A stretch of 64,000 nt of DNA from the human T2T-CHM13v2.0 reference genome, Homo sapiens. The translations under genes were made by a program, and so were the position numbers. The stretch's first letter is position 1. Each line of letters opens with the position of its first letter. The stretch lies in assembly GCF_009914755.1 (NCBI RefSeq), contig NC_060927.1, one strand, 5' to 3'. Under the pieces are notes generated by a model. The model had not been told where the DNA came from. It did not search any database and worked only from the letters and a program-made list of their open reading frames with translations. Shown in pieces: positions 1 to 13,205 of this stretch.

Positions 1-582
1 ATATATATGTCTACTTATATAGACATATATATGTCTACTTATGTAGACATATATATATGTCTACTTATGTAGACATATATATATGTCTACTTATGTAGAC
101 ATATATATGTCTACTTATGTAGACATATATATGTCTACTTATGTAGACATATATATATGTCTACTTATGTAGACATATATATATGTCTACTTATGTAGAC
201 ATATATATATGTCTACTTATGTAGACATATATATGTCTACTTATATAGACATATATATATGTCTACTTATATAGACATATATATATGTCTACTTATATAG
301 ACATATATATATGTCTACTTATATAGACATATATATATGTCTACTTATATAGACATATATATATGTCTACTTATATAGACATATATATATGTCTACTTAT
401 ATAGACATATATATATGTCTACTTATATAGACATATATATATGTCTACTTATATAGACATATATATATGTCTACTTATATAGACATATATATATGTCTAC
501 TTATATAGACATATATATATGTCTACTTATATAGACATATATATATGTCTACTTATATAGACATATATATATATATATATAT
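1..582. repeat. Minisatellite, ~22 copies of a 24-26 bp self-complementary unit (AT)n-GTCTACTTATRTAGAC; runs off the window start
   Basis: Read directly. Units 2-9 carry TTATGTAGAC and the others TTATATAGAC; the array ends in a pure (AT)n run. Confidence 0.97.
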
Positions 583-1596
583 AATAAAAGTGGAAGAATC
601 TAGGCTGCATTGATACTAGGAAATAATACAGATTAAAATTTTAGCCATCAACCCATATGAAGTTTAGAAACTTATTGAAAATCTGGAACTTTAGGATCAA
701 CGTATTTCCTAAAAGAGAAGTAACAGAATAAAGGAAAAAGATGATAAAAGCTGGGAGCTTTGCAGTATTGTTCTTATAATTTGCAGTTACTGGCAGAAAT
801 AAGTTGCGTGAGGTGAGGGTAAGTGTCAGAAGAGGCTGTAGCTAATTTTTTGAAAATAGTGGTACTTGAAGCATTGATGACATCTATAAAGATGTTTTAT
901 TTTTGATCAGGTGGCTAAGATCAAGGTACGGGAAAAATTTGACTATGCTATACTGTTTTGGCCAAACATCAAATAGAAGACCTTGTTTCTTATCATTTAT
1001 ATAATGCAGCGAGGAATATCAATTTGGTTTAATTTGCTCCTTTAGATTAGATATTAAGAAAACATGCTGTTGATATAATGCATATGATCTTTAATTTGTA
1101 TTTCAAATAATATGTAATAACAAACACTCTGTATTTGATCTTGCACTCTGGAATGTCCATCTAAAAAGATATCCAGAGTAAAGATTTTTGTAAAGCATTT
1201 CTCTGTGATCTGAAACACAATAAATAATTATTAGACTTATTTATAGGTTTACATCCCTTTTCTTATTTTCTTATTTCACCAAGTGTTTACAATTTCTTGC
1301 AAACTGTATGTAATAAAGAACAGAATAAAATATTAGGTAAAAGCAAAATAGAGATAAAAAGTAATAAAACCTGGTTAATGCAAACCATATTTGTATAATT
1401 GCTACAGAAGCAGCTCAAAATGACTCTGATTAATTGTTACAGTAAAAGGAAGTGTATCAGATTTTTGTTCACTGAATTAGAAAAACTTTTAAAATATATT
1501 TAATCTCTAATTACACAACTTTTCTTGATATTAAGACCTGATAGGATCATAACCTATATAAAAGGACAATATAGTCAGTAATATCTCTAAACCGAT

Positions 1597-1672
1597 TGTG
1601 TGTGTGTGTATGTATATATATATATATATAGTTATATAAATACATATATAGTTATATAAATACATATATATG
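1597..1672. repeat. Compound (TG)n(TA)n microsatellite with a short TA-rich duplication
   Basis: tgtgtgtgtgtgtatgtatatatata... followed by two copies of tagttatataaatacatata. Confidence 0.9.
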
Positions 1673-1787
1673 TAAAATTCTATAATGAAAGTTTTTTGGA
1701 GAAGTGTTGCAAAATAAATCAGTAAATTAGATACACTCATCTTTGATAACATGACTTAATCCAGGGAAATAATTTAGACTGTATTAA

Positions 1788-1959
1788 CAGGGCTTCTTAC
1801 TCCAAGGTACATATCACCATAGGGAGTGGCAGTGACGGATGCAGGGATTCCTGTGAACCACTAAAAATCATATGTAAAATATCACATGTACTTTTGTGCA
1901 TTTACCCTACATACCGTTTTCAGAATGAATTGTAGTCCATAAAATTTAAAGAACCATTG
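1788..1959. mobile_element. Old hAT-Charlie-type MITE fragment
   Basis: Ends cagggcttcttac... and ...aaagaaccattg resemble Charlie terminal inverted repeats. Strongly diverged; subfamily not assigned. Confidence 0.45.
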
Positions 1960-3104
1960 TCTGTCATATGTACTTTGAGTTAATTATTTCAGTTCTCAAT
2001 TAGCATTTATAGTTATATCATCTGATGATTTAATACTATTTGTTAGTATTTAAGAGATTTGCTATTTGTATCAACAATGTCAGAAATGAGGGCTCCTTTA
2101 TTTTGTGGTATTAATGATATTTTACTTAAAATAACTATTTCATATAATTTATATGTTTTTCCCCTAGAATTTTGCCTTGCAATGTTTAGCGTATGTTTGG
2201 AAAGTCTTAATTATCGAAGAAATTGATGTATTGCAATAAAAGACATGAATGAGCTGTTTCTGAATGAATATTTGGAGAAGGGTTTTACTTTTTCTTATAT
2301 TCATACTGTTTTAATTAATGAAGCCAATCAAATTCATGTCTTCATATATACCCAGGTCTCTGTCTTTATAAACCAGCAAAATTATATAATTCTTATCATA
2401 CAAACTATTTTCTCCCAGCTCAAAGTTTACACCTGCTACCTTGAGGATGCTGGGATCCCAATCTGCTTACAAGCCTAGAGACAGTGTGGGATGACAAAGG
2501 TGGAGGATGAAGACAAATGCTCTTCACTTGCAAGGCAACTGCCCTAGATGAGGTCATTGCAGGTCTTTAGGCAAATCAGAGTTTCTGTACCAGAGAGGCG
2601 AGGAAGTACTTTTTCTGCTCTTAAAAAAAGACTGTGATTTGTGCATGTAAGTGCTCAGATTCATCATAATTCATCATCCTAATGCCCCATTACACTTTTC
2701 AGGGTCCTAGTTAATCTCCTAATTTCTTTGAGATATGCCAAGGCTAATAAATCAGTTTATGTTTAAAAAGTCAGTTTATGTTATAATTTTGCAATCCTTA
2801 GAAGTTTCTGCTTCTGCTTTTCAGTTTCAGCAGCCCAACCCTGAATCTACAAGAGACATTAAGATATTTTTTAGGATAAACATCGCGGCTTTCTTGTTCT
2901 TTATTATTATTTATGCTAAAGATTTAAAGTTTGAGCTTTTTTAAAAAATTTATGTTAAAAAACTCTCCAGTGACATCGGAATAGCCAGCTTACTCTATTG
3001 TTACTTGTGTTACTCAGTCTTATCATAAAAATTTGTCACAACAGTTGGCTTAAATGCCAAAGATTGCCTTAAATGAACATTTTATTTCAGGGAATTACAG
3101 AATG

Positions 3105-3434
3105 TTTATTTATTTATTTATTATTTATTTATTTTGTTCCTTTTTTAAGACAAGACCTCACTCTGTCACCTTGGCTAGAATGCAGTGCCTCACTGCAGCC
3201 TTGACATCCCAGCCTCAAGCAATCCTCCTACCTCAGCCTATTGAGTAGCTAGGACCACAGGTCCCACAGGTGTGTGGCCCAATACCCAGCTAATTTTTGA
3301 AAGTTTATTTTTACTTTTTTAAGAGATGAAGTCTTATTATGTTGCCCAGGTTAGTCTCAAACTTCTGGGCTCAAGCTACTTTCCTGCTTTGGCCTCCGAA
3401 AGTGCTGGGATTACAGGCTTAAACTACTGTGCCC
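3105..3434 (-). mobile_element. AluJ-type SINE with (TTTA)n tail
   Basis: agacaagacctcactctgtcacc...tatgttgcccaggttagtctcaaacttctgggctcaag...aagtgctgggattacagg; J-type gggctcaag motif. Confidence 0.92.
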
Positions 3435-4599
3435 TACAGGATAATAATTTATGTAATCATTTTGGCACACATCATTGGGCTAGTGGTAGCCCATTTTCCA
3501 CTATTTCTATTTTCCAACTTTCAAAGTCAACCAAGTCAGATAAACCAATTCCAGATTCTAATATGTGAGAGTCAGTTTTCTGAAACTTCTCTAATCACCA
3601 AATAGTCTCACAGGCAAATTATAAGTATTTTAAACATAGGGGTTTAATTCAAGAAATTAGGCAGTCAAATATCATTAAAAGTGTTTGAGTAAGAAAAGTT
3701 AAAAGGAAGAGTTAAAGACTAAATCATTTTAGATGCAATCCAGGAGTTAGAAAGCTGCTACTGCTATCCATGTTGCTTGCCTTCAAAATTACATTTTATT
3801 GATGATGCTGGTAACTAGATCACGGAAATAGGGAATGAAGGAATGAAGTCTATTCCCCGCAAACACTCATGTCTTTTAGAAATTGTTTACCAACCACCAC
3901 AGCCATAGATAAATGATTCCTATTCTACATCTGCCTTATTCTTGCATGACTGCATGTCAGGGGTAGAAACTAAATTGCATCTAGTACCTTTGCCCTAAAG
4001 AGGTCTGAGAAAAGGCCTTTTAGCCTTTGCAATACAAAGTGAAACGTGCATTGTTATACAATCTTTTCAGCATCACTTGACACAGTTTTTTTTCTTAAAG
4101 TCCTTTGCTCTTGCTATCTATTTAATGATATGTTTATGTTTTCTCTCCTCATACATTTGCTGCTATTTTTGAGAATCATTTTCTGGATGGCATGATTAAG
4201 AAAAAATGGAGATAAAAGGATAGGGTTGGTCCATTATTTTTGATATAACAGCATGGGAGACTTCTCTTAATACAAGCCATTTAAATGGAGACTAGAAGTC
4301 TGTGTGTGGTTGTGTATGTGCATACAAGTGTAGGTTAGATTTTAGGAGCAACATCCATTTTTTTTTTCTTCTCTTCTCCCTACCTTCTTTTCTATGGCAA
4401 CCGTGGAGACCAAATTCTATAGGTGACAGCATCACACAGGGAAGGCCTCCCTGTGTAACTTCTTGAAGGAAGGCCACATAAGAGCACTATTCTATTAGAA
4501 AGAACAACAGTGACACCCACATGAAGAGTAAATAATTTTTACTTTGCTTTAAGGCATTTAAAATAAAAAAGAGCATTTAGCTTTTTGGATTTATGAAGG

Positions 4600-5000
4600 T
4601 TTGGGGTTTATAGGAAAAAAAGCTTAAAGGAGATGAAGAAAATGTGGATGTAAGCAATAACATGATTATCATGATGAGCTATTAAATTTTGGCTGGGTAA
4701 GAACAGATGGAGTTGATAGAGAGTATTGTGGTCAACATCTTCATGCCATCAAGAATTGAAAGACATTGATTATAAGGGTGAACAAATGAGAAGATTACAA
4801 CAGTATAAAAGAAATGCTTTTTTAAGGTAGTTGTTGGTATTAAGGTTTGATGGGATGTTTATGTCCTTGTGATCTCAATATTCAGGCCATAATCATAGGA
4901 GTGAATGGTTGAAGAGAAAAAAAGGAAAAATAAAATCACCAACTATGAGGAAATCAACAAACTGAGAGGCCAAGGGTTTATAGCGGACCATTTGCAAAAC
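4600..5000 (-). mobile_element. Probable ancient L2 fragment
   Basis: Purine-rich, degenerate L2-like sequence; family resemblance only. Confidence 0.35.
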
Positions 5001-5796
5001 ATTCAAATCGTCCATTCCAATATCATAAATATTCTAGTTTTAGCAGATGAAGGCAGAATAGCAGAAAACTCATATTGGAACTCCCTTGACCTTTTTCTCC
5101 TTACTTTGTATAGAATTCATTTTGATGAAGCCAAGATAATGTCACATATAAAAATATGGACTTTGGCAAAAGACTGCCCAACTTCTGATCTTAGTTCAGT
5201 CACTTACTAGTTAAGTGGCACTTGGCAATCTGCTTACTCTTAAAAGCTAAGATTTTTTTCTGATGTAAAGACAATTTTGAAAATTACATAAAGACAAATA
5301 ATTTAAATATCTTGCCAATTAAGTGATTGTTATCATTGTGTAATGTCATGGCTTGCACCTTTGTTCAATGACCTGGCATTAAAGTTCATCACTAAATTTA
5401 CTATAGGGGCATAGGCAAGGACAATATTCACTATGCCATTCATTTTTCCTCACATAAACTCCTTATTTTATACACACAAAAAAACAAAGCAAAAAAGAGA
5501 AAGAACCTTCCAGATTGAAATGCCAGAAGAAATTTTCTTCCACTGAGAAACCATTCGTATTTTCTTCAAATTCTCAGCAAATCATGTTGATGGATGGTCA
5601 GCAACCCTTTTTTAGCTTTAGTAACTGGTAATTAGAGTTATACTTGTGGTTTAACTTTAGCATAGGAAAGGACTCTGTGAATACCGTAAACACATTCTCT
5701 TCTGTCCATAACCTTTTATTTTAATTTAGATTTAACATTTATTTTTAACTGCATTCATTCTGCAAGTTGATTCAATTCCTTTACACGCGCACTTGT

Positions 5797-5818
5797 GCGT
5801 GTGTGTGTGTGTGTGTGT
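5797..5818. repeat. (GT)n microsatellite
   Basis: gcgtgtgtgtgtgtgtgtgtgt. Confidence 0.9.
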
Positions 5819-7112
5819 AAGAATAACATCAATATTCTGAATTCTAAAACTACAAAGTGTTGAAGAAGAATGGAGGTCCAAAAGAAGATTTCTACTGCTA
5901 TAGATAGAATTTTTCTTTCTTTTTCTTTTTAAGAATTGTAGTGAAAGACTTTTTCTTTGGGACAAGGATGATGCCATTTTCTTTCTGTGAGGTGCAACCT
6001 GAGTCAGTTTGATCCTGCTGGCAACGTCCTAATACATTTCCTCCTGCATGCCTCATTTTGATTTAAAAGGTTAGATGTGCATCATCTTATTTTTTAATTT
6101 TGTCCAATCTATGCTATAATTATTATAGCAATTCTTCTACGTTGCTTTATTATTGCAATTCTTTACACTGAAATTCCTAGAGTCTAACAAGAATTCTAGA
6201 GTTCTTTTCCTAATTATATGTTAATGGGTATTTTAATGGAAAATGAGATTTAAAATGTATTATTTCTTGCTCTATTGTTTGAATCAAGCAGATACTTTTA
6301 TAACATTCTGTGTTCATCGCTGCAAGTTGAGATAGCTGCGCTTTGGCTAAGATACTATGTCAAGTAGGACAGCTGTGAGCATCTTTGAGAAATTGCTCAG
6401 TGTTTAAATGTTTCTTACTTTTCATATTAGCAAATGATTTCATCTTTGCCCTATAATTTGACAGTCAAAGTATAGGATATTCTATATATTTTACTATCCA
6501 CTGTGGTTAAGTCAGTTGTATTTTATCCAATCTCCTACTTATGTTGAAACTGAGAGACCTGAGACTATATCATTGACTTTAAAGCCTTCATAGGGAAGTT
6601 TCAACGCATGCAAATGCACAAGAAGCAAATGAAGAAAGTGCTGTTGCTATCAGCCCTGGCAACAGCTCGCTGAAATCTGATAACTTAAATAGAGTACTCT
6701 CATTTTTTCTCTTCTAGATACATTTATATTTTATCTTAAGAGACATTTGTACACCTACTGTATGAACAATAAGTTCTTGAAAGACAGAAGAAAAAGAACA
6801 AAGTAGTTCAGGCTTCAAGAAGCAACTCTTACGTGCATAGCATTACCTAAGTCAATTGGAAAAATGTGTTTTTAATAGTGTGTGCTCTGATGAAGTAAAC
6901 TTTTGCAAATTTCTAAAAGAAAACTACAAGCATATAACATTTGGCATTGGGATAACTTTTCAGAAGAGTTCAGAGCTCAGGAAGCCTATTTCAGTTTCAG
7001 ATTCCCAACTCCTGATTTTCAAGTTCTCTAAAATTTGTCTCTGCTTTATATTTTTCAATCTGATTTTCCACTACAATTATACACATTTTCTACTTCACTT
7101 AGGCTGATATCC

Positions 7113-7200
7113 TTTAATTCATTTAGTGAAATTGCATTGAAGGTCTCATGTGTAAGGTATTGCCCTAGGAACTGGGGATTCACAGTGCACAAGTTACTAG
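7113..7200 (-). mobile_element. L2 3' end fragment
   Basis: ttcatttagtgaaattgcattgaaggtctcatgtgtaaggtattgccctaggaactggggattcacagtgcacaag resembles the antisense L2 3' terminus. Confidence 0.55.
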
Positions 7201-7639
7201 TGCCTTAATCACTTTGCTCATGTTATTTTCTTCTTCCAGGAATAAACTCTCTCATATTCTCCAACTACTAAATTACATGATATCATCGAAGGAATGATAA
7301 AATCTATTTCCTCTTCCACTCACCAAGCTTTCTCCAATTTCTAAATATCACATGGCCTTTATTTATTGAATTTCTTTAGTAGTCTGCATCATGCAGTTTA
7401 ATATTGGTATTTCAGTCTTCCTTTTTATAAGAAATAGCTTTTATTTCCTTACTATAATGTAAAATATCGAGTGAAGGAATCAAATCTTATAATCAAGTCT
7501 TTCTACTGTATCATAAGACTTGTAGGGAAGCACCCATTTTTCTCGTTTCTTTAAACTCTCTAAGTCCCACCCATTATTCTCAGAGTAGGGACTAAATTCC
7601 ATTATATCGCTAGAAGGACATTCATTGATATGACAACTA

Positions 7640-8243
7640 TTTAGTTCTAAATTTAGCTTGCAATATTTCACATCTAGATTCATAAACAAGATTGTTCTGA
7701 AATTTGCCTTTCTTGTAATATCCTGGTAAGCTTTTAGTAGCAACATTATACTTATCTTATAAAACAAATAGGGCATAGTTATTTCTTCTTTCTAGTCGCT
7801 GGAAAATGTTGAGTAATATCTTGGTAAAGAGGCTTGAGGGAAAGCTTTTAATTATTTATTAAATTTCCTTAAAAGATACAGCATTTTTGTTTCATTGTTA
7901 TGATGGTATCAATGTTGATGAGTTGTATTTCTCCAGAAATTGTCTAGTCCATCTAAATTTTTTAAATTTAGTCATCAAAGTTGTTTATAATATTCTTGTA
8001 TTATCATTGCATTATCTGTTGGTTTATAGTATTGTCCTCTTTTTGCATTCTTTATATGGATGCTTTGTATTTTTGCTATTTTTAAAATAAGAATTGCCAT
8101 AGGTTAAATCATTTTTTCAAGAACTAATTTTTGGCGTTGTTGATTTTCTCTATTATATGCTTGTTTTCTAATTTATTAATTTCTTCCCATTTATTTACTG
8201 TTTCCTTCTTTGATTCTCTTTAGGTTTAATTTTCTATGGTTCT
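7640..8243 (-). mobile_element. Old L1M element, ORF2 segment (piece 1 of an interrupted element)
   Basis: ORF 7480..7776 gives LLLKAYQDITRKANFRTILFMNLDVK, a degenerate form of L1 ORF2 [25 protein letters not shown]. Confidence 0.75.
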
Positions 8244-10985
8244 CAGAGTTCCCATGTATCCTCTACCCCCACACATGAATAGCCTTTCCCTACCCCCCAT
8301 CAACATGCCCCACCAGTGCACTACATTTGTTACAGTTGATGAACCTATATTGATACATCGTTATAACCCAAAGTCAAAAGTTTGCAGTAGGGTTCACTTC
8401 TAATGTCATATATTCCACAGGTTTTAACAAATGTATAACACGTATTCACCATTATAGTATTATACAGAATAACTGTCCTAAAAATCTTCTTTTCTTCACC
8501 TGTTTATCCTTCCTTCTCCCCTAAATCCTGGCCAACTACTGATCTTTTTACTATCTCCATGGTTTTGTATATTCCAGAATGTCATATAGTGGAATTGTAC
8601 AGTTTGTAGACTTTTCTAACTGGCTTATTTCACTTAGTAATATGAATTTAAGTTTCCTCCATTATCTTTTCTTGATTTGGTGGCTTATTTCTTTTTAGCA
8701 CTGAATAATACTCTATTGTCTAGATACACCACAGTTTATCCATTCACCTACTGTCAGTTATATTGGTTGCTTCCAAGTTTGGGTGACTATTAATAAAGCT
8801 GCTAAAACTATCTTTGTGCAGGCTTTTGTGTAGTCATAAGGTTTAAACTCATTTGACTAAATATCAAGAAGGCAATTGTTGTATCACATGGTAATTGTGT
8901 ATTTAGTTTTCTAAAAAACTGCCAAAATGTCTTACAAAATGTAGCATTTTGCATTCTCACCAGCAATGAATAAGACTTCTTGTTGCTCCACCTTCTCACC
9001 AGTATTTAGTGGTATTAGTGTTCTGAATTTGGCTATTCTAATAAGTGTGTAGTGGTATCTCGTTGTTGTAATTTGCACTTTTCTCCTGACATATGACATT
9101 AAATATATTTTCATATGCTTATTTGCCATCTGTATATGTTCTTTGATGAGCTGTCTGTTCAGATATTTTGCTCATTTTTAATCAGGTTATTCTTTTTATT
9201 GTTGTGTTTTAGGATTTCTCTGTATATTTTGGATAACATTCCTTTATCAGAAATGTCTTTTGCAAAAATTTTCTCCCAGTGTGTAGCTTGTCTTCTCATG
9301 TTCTTGGCAGTGTATTTTGCTGAGCAGAAATGATAAATTTTAGTGACGTTCAACTTATCAACTCTTTCTTTCTTGGATTGTTCCTTTGGTGTTGTATTTA
9401 AAATGTCATTGCCATGGCCAAGGTCATTTAGATAGTCCCCTCTGTTAACTTCTGAAAGTTTTCTAGTTCTTCAATTTACATTTAGGTATAACGCATTTTG
9501 TGTTAGTTTTTGTGAAGGGTGTAAGGTCTGTGTCTAGATCTTTTTTTATCTTGTGGATGTCTAGCTATTCCAGAACCATTTGTTAAAAAGACTATGTATC
9601 CATTGTATTATCTTTATTTCTTTGCCAAAAATCACTTGATTATATTTGTGTGGATCTGTTTCTGTGCTCTCTCTTCTCTTCCATTGCTCTACTTGTCTAC
9701 TTTTTTAAACCAATACAGTTCTGCTTTGATTATTTTAGTTTTATAGTAAGTTTTGAAGTTGGGTCATGTCAGTCTTATAATTTTTGTTCTCCTTTAATAT
9801 CATGTTGGCTATTCTGTCTTTTCTTTCTCCACATATTTGTTAATATCCACAAAATAAATTGCTAGGGTTTTTATTGGGCTTGCATCGAATCCATATATCA
9901 AGTTGGGAAGAACTGATATATTGACAATATCAAGTCTTCTTATCCATGGACATGGGATGTCTTCATTTATTTAGTTATTCTTTGATTTTTAATCAGAGTT
10001 TTGTGTGTTTTATCCACACAGATCTTATACATTTTTTTTACCTTTATTTGTAGGTATGTCACTTTGGAGACGCAGATGTAAATGATATTTTTCTTTTAAT
10101 TTCAGATTCTCCTTTTTTATTGCTTGTATACAGGAAAGCAATTGACTTTTGTAAATTAAGCTTATATCATGCAACCTTGCTATAATAGTTCATTAGTTCT
10201 ATAGTAATTTCTTTTTTTTGTCATTTTCCCCAATTTTCAACATAGAAGATAATGCCATATGCAAGCAAAGACAATTTATTTCTTCCTTCCCAATATATAT
10301 ACTTTTTATTCCCATTTTTTATCTCATTGCATTAGCTATGGTGTTGAAAATGAGTAGGTAAAAGGGGACATTTTTGTTTTGTTCTCAGTCTTAGCGGGAA
10401 AGTTATTTCTTACCAGTACGTATAATGTTAGCTAAAGGCTTTTTATAGGTAATTTTCGTTAAGTTGAAGAAGTTCCCTTTTATTCTTAGCTTGCTTTATC
10501 ATGAATTGGTGTTGGATTTTGTCAAATGTTTTACTACATCTATTAATATGTTCATGTGATTTTTCTTCTTTAGTCTGTTGCTAATGATGTCATGCATTAA
10601 CTGAATTTTGAATATTGAACCAATCTTGCATATCCAGAATAAATTTCATTGTCTTAGTTTATAATTCTTTTTATGTATTGTTTAATTTTATTTGCCAATA
10701 TTTTGTTGAGGACTTTTGCATCTATGTTTATGAGAGACATTGGTCTGTAGTTTTCTCTTCTTGTAATGTCTTTGTCTTGTTTCAATATTAGAGTAATGCT
10801 GGCTTCATAGAATGAATTACAAAGTATTCCCTCTGCCTCTATCTTTTGAAAGATATTGTAGAGAATTGTTATAATTTCTTCCTTAAATATTTAATAGAAT
10901 TAACCAGTGAACCCATATAGGCTGGGAGCTTTCTATTTTGGAAGGCTATCAATTATTGATTTAATTTCTTTAAAAAATACAGGCT
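8243..10985 (-). mobile_element. L1MC-type LINE (3' UTR plus 3' ORF2), 5'-truncated, nested in the older L1M
   Basis: The 3' UTR text cagagttcccatgtatcc...catttgttacagttgatgaacctatattgatacatc resembles L1MC1/2. Minus-strand ORFs give ORF2 C-terminal motifs (MRRQATHWEKIFAKDISDKGMLSKIY; TTTRYHYTLIRIAK). Confidence 0.85.
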
Positions 10986-11514
10986 TTTGACATTGTTTTA
11001 AGAAATAACTTCTTTCTTGGACAACTGATTTCAGTCTTCCTTCTTTGTTCACATTACATTTTCCTCTAAGACTGAGGAAACTTAGCTGCATCCATAAATT
11101 TTGATATGCTCTATTTTCTTATCATTCAGTTCAAATATTTTCTAATTTCCACTGCTTTTTGTCTCTTTCCTGACTCCCCCTGCCCTCCAGTCATTTAAAA
11201 GTGTCTTGTTTAATTTAAAACACCTAGAGGTGTACTGGGTGTCTTTTGTTCTTGATTTTTAGATTTCTGCCATAGCAGTAAAAGAAAATACTTTAATTTC
11301 AATTCTTAGGAATTAAGAATCATTTTATGACCTTGAATATAATCTATTTTGGTAAACATTTTATATGTTTACCAAATAAACATATAAAGAATGTTGTTGT
11401 TTTTGTTTTCTCTGCCATTTGTGGGCACCGTTCTATGTGTGTCAATTAATACAAGCTTGCTAGTAGTATTGTTAATGCTTACTCTTTTTTATTATTTGTT
11501 GAACAAATAGGTTA

Positions 11515-11623
11515 ATTTTTTTTTGAGATGAGGTTCTTGATATGTTGCCTAGCTGGCCTCAAACTCCTGGTTCTCAGCTTCCTAAGCAACTGGAACTATA
11601 AGCACATACCACCACACCCAGCT
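11515..11623 (-). mobile_element. Alu monomer (FLAM-like) with internal deletion
   Basis: gagatgaggttcttgatatgttgcctagctggcctcaaactcctgg...accacacccagc; ttaattttt on both sides. Confidence 0.8.
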
Positions 11624-13066
11624 TAATTTTTAAATTATAGTTATTTTCTCATAAACTGTAGTTTTGTATGTATTTTTTAAGCTTTATATTTTAGACTATG
11701 TTATTAATAGCATACAAATTTAGGATGGTTATATCTTATAGTGGAGTAACATTTTATCTCTTGATTTTCCTTGCTATTATATAACATTACTATATTTGCT
11801 TTATCACGTTTAAACCTTTATATTTTTATAACCCTTGTCTCTCTACTGATTGATAATCTTATAAAAATAACTTCTGTTTTGTTATTTAAAATATTTTAAA
11901 TGTAAAATCACTGTATTTTATTTGGAGCACTCACTGCACTTATGTTTAATGTAGTTATATTTTTATGTTTATATTATCTTTCTGCTTTTTGTTGCTCTTT
12001 CTCCCTTTATGCTTTATTTGGGATCAATCGTGTAATTGTATTATTCTCTTTCCCATCTTCTAACTTTTGTCTTAATTACCTTTTGTTATGCATTTTTTTA
12101 CTTTACTTTTTGTGGTTACCCTAGTAATGACAACTTAGTTAATTAACTACTACTATAAAATAGCACTTTTAGGGCTTTCCAGACAACGTTAGGATTTTAG
12201 AATACTTTAGCTCCATTTATTCTTTTTATTATTATTGTCATGCATCTTGATTCTCCAATATCCTAGTAGCATAAATTATAATAATTGTTTTGTACAGTGA
12301 ATATTCATTTAGACATTTCCCATTTATCATTTATTGTTTTTTATTTAATTTTATACTTCCTTCTAGATTTCTAACTACAAGTTGAAATTAAATCATTTAT
12401 CATTGAAGAGGATGTATTATTCACCCCACAATATTTACTTAAGATCCATACTTTTCTTCTTTTGTCTCTATTGTTATCACATTTGTCTAAGCCTCCATCA
12501 ATTTCTGGCATAGAACACTATTGAAGTTTCTTGTACTTCGAATGCCTAACATGAGTAGATTACAATTTTTTGGCAATTAAAAATATTGCTAAATTAATGA
12601 GTTCACTAAAGATTATTCTGCTGATTTACATGGTAAAATATCAGTAAAATAACACATAATGTACTTCATGGAAAGTATCTTTTGAGAGGATGAGAATACA
12701 TGATCATACATAAGCAACAATTCTCCTTAAGTTTTTACTTTAACTTGTAGCTGACATAAATTAGTTCTATAATTCTGTGACATAAAACCCTGTAACTGCA
12801 AATATGTCAGAATTAATTGAGCATTTGCTATATACCAGGTACTTGAAAGGTAGTTTCTAATTGAAAATCTACAAAAAGTATTTTTGATTTAATATTTTTT
12901 TCCATTTACAGGTAACCTAAGATTGACTCAGGTTTTGTATCAGATTTCTTTTGTTGAAAAACTTTCTTTAACATTTCTTGTGACGAAGTCTGCTGTTATT
13001 GAATTGTCTCAGTTCTTTGTCAGCAAAAGTTGTTATTTCACTATCTTTTTTTAAAAAAATATTTTT

Positions 13067-13205
13067 GCTGAGTGTGGTGGCACATCTCTGTAGTCCCAAA
13101 TACCTGGGAGGCTGAGGCTGGAGGATCACTTGAGCCCAGAAGTTCAAGTTAGGCCTAGGCTACAGAGTGAAACCCCATCTCTAAAACTAAAAAATAAAAA
13201 AAAAA
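13067..13205 (+). mobile_element. Alu monomer (FLAM-like)
   Basis: gctgagtgtggtggcacatctctgtagtccca...ggaggatcacttgagcccagaagttcaag...A-rich tail. Confidence 0.88.

Noticed and set aside
1-582. CRISPR-like array of palindromic repeats
   Set aside because: There are no unique spacers, only (AT)n; no cas genes; primate context.
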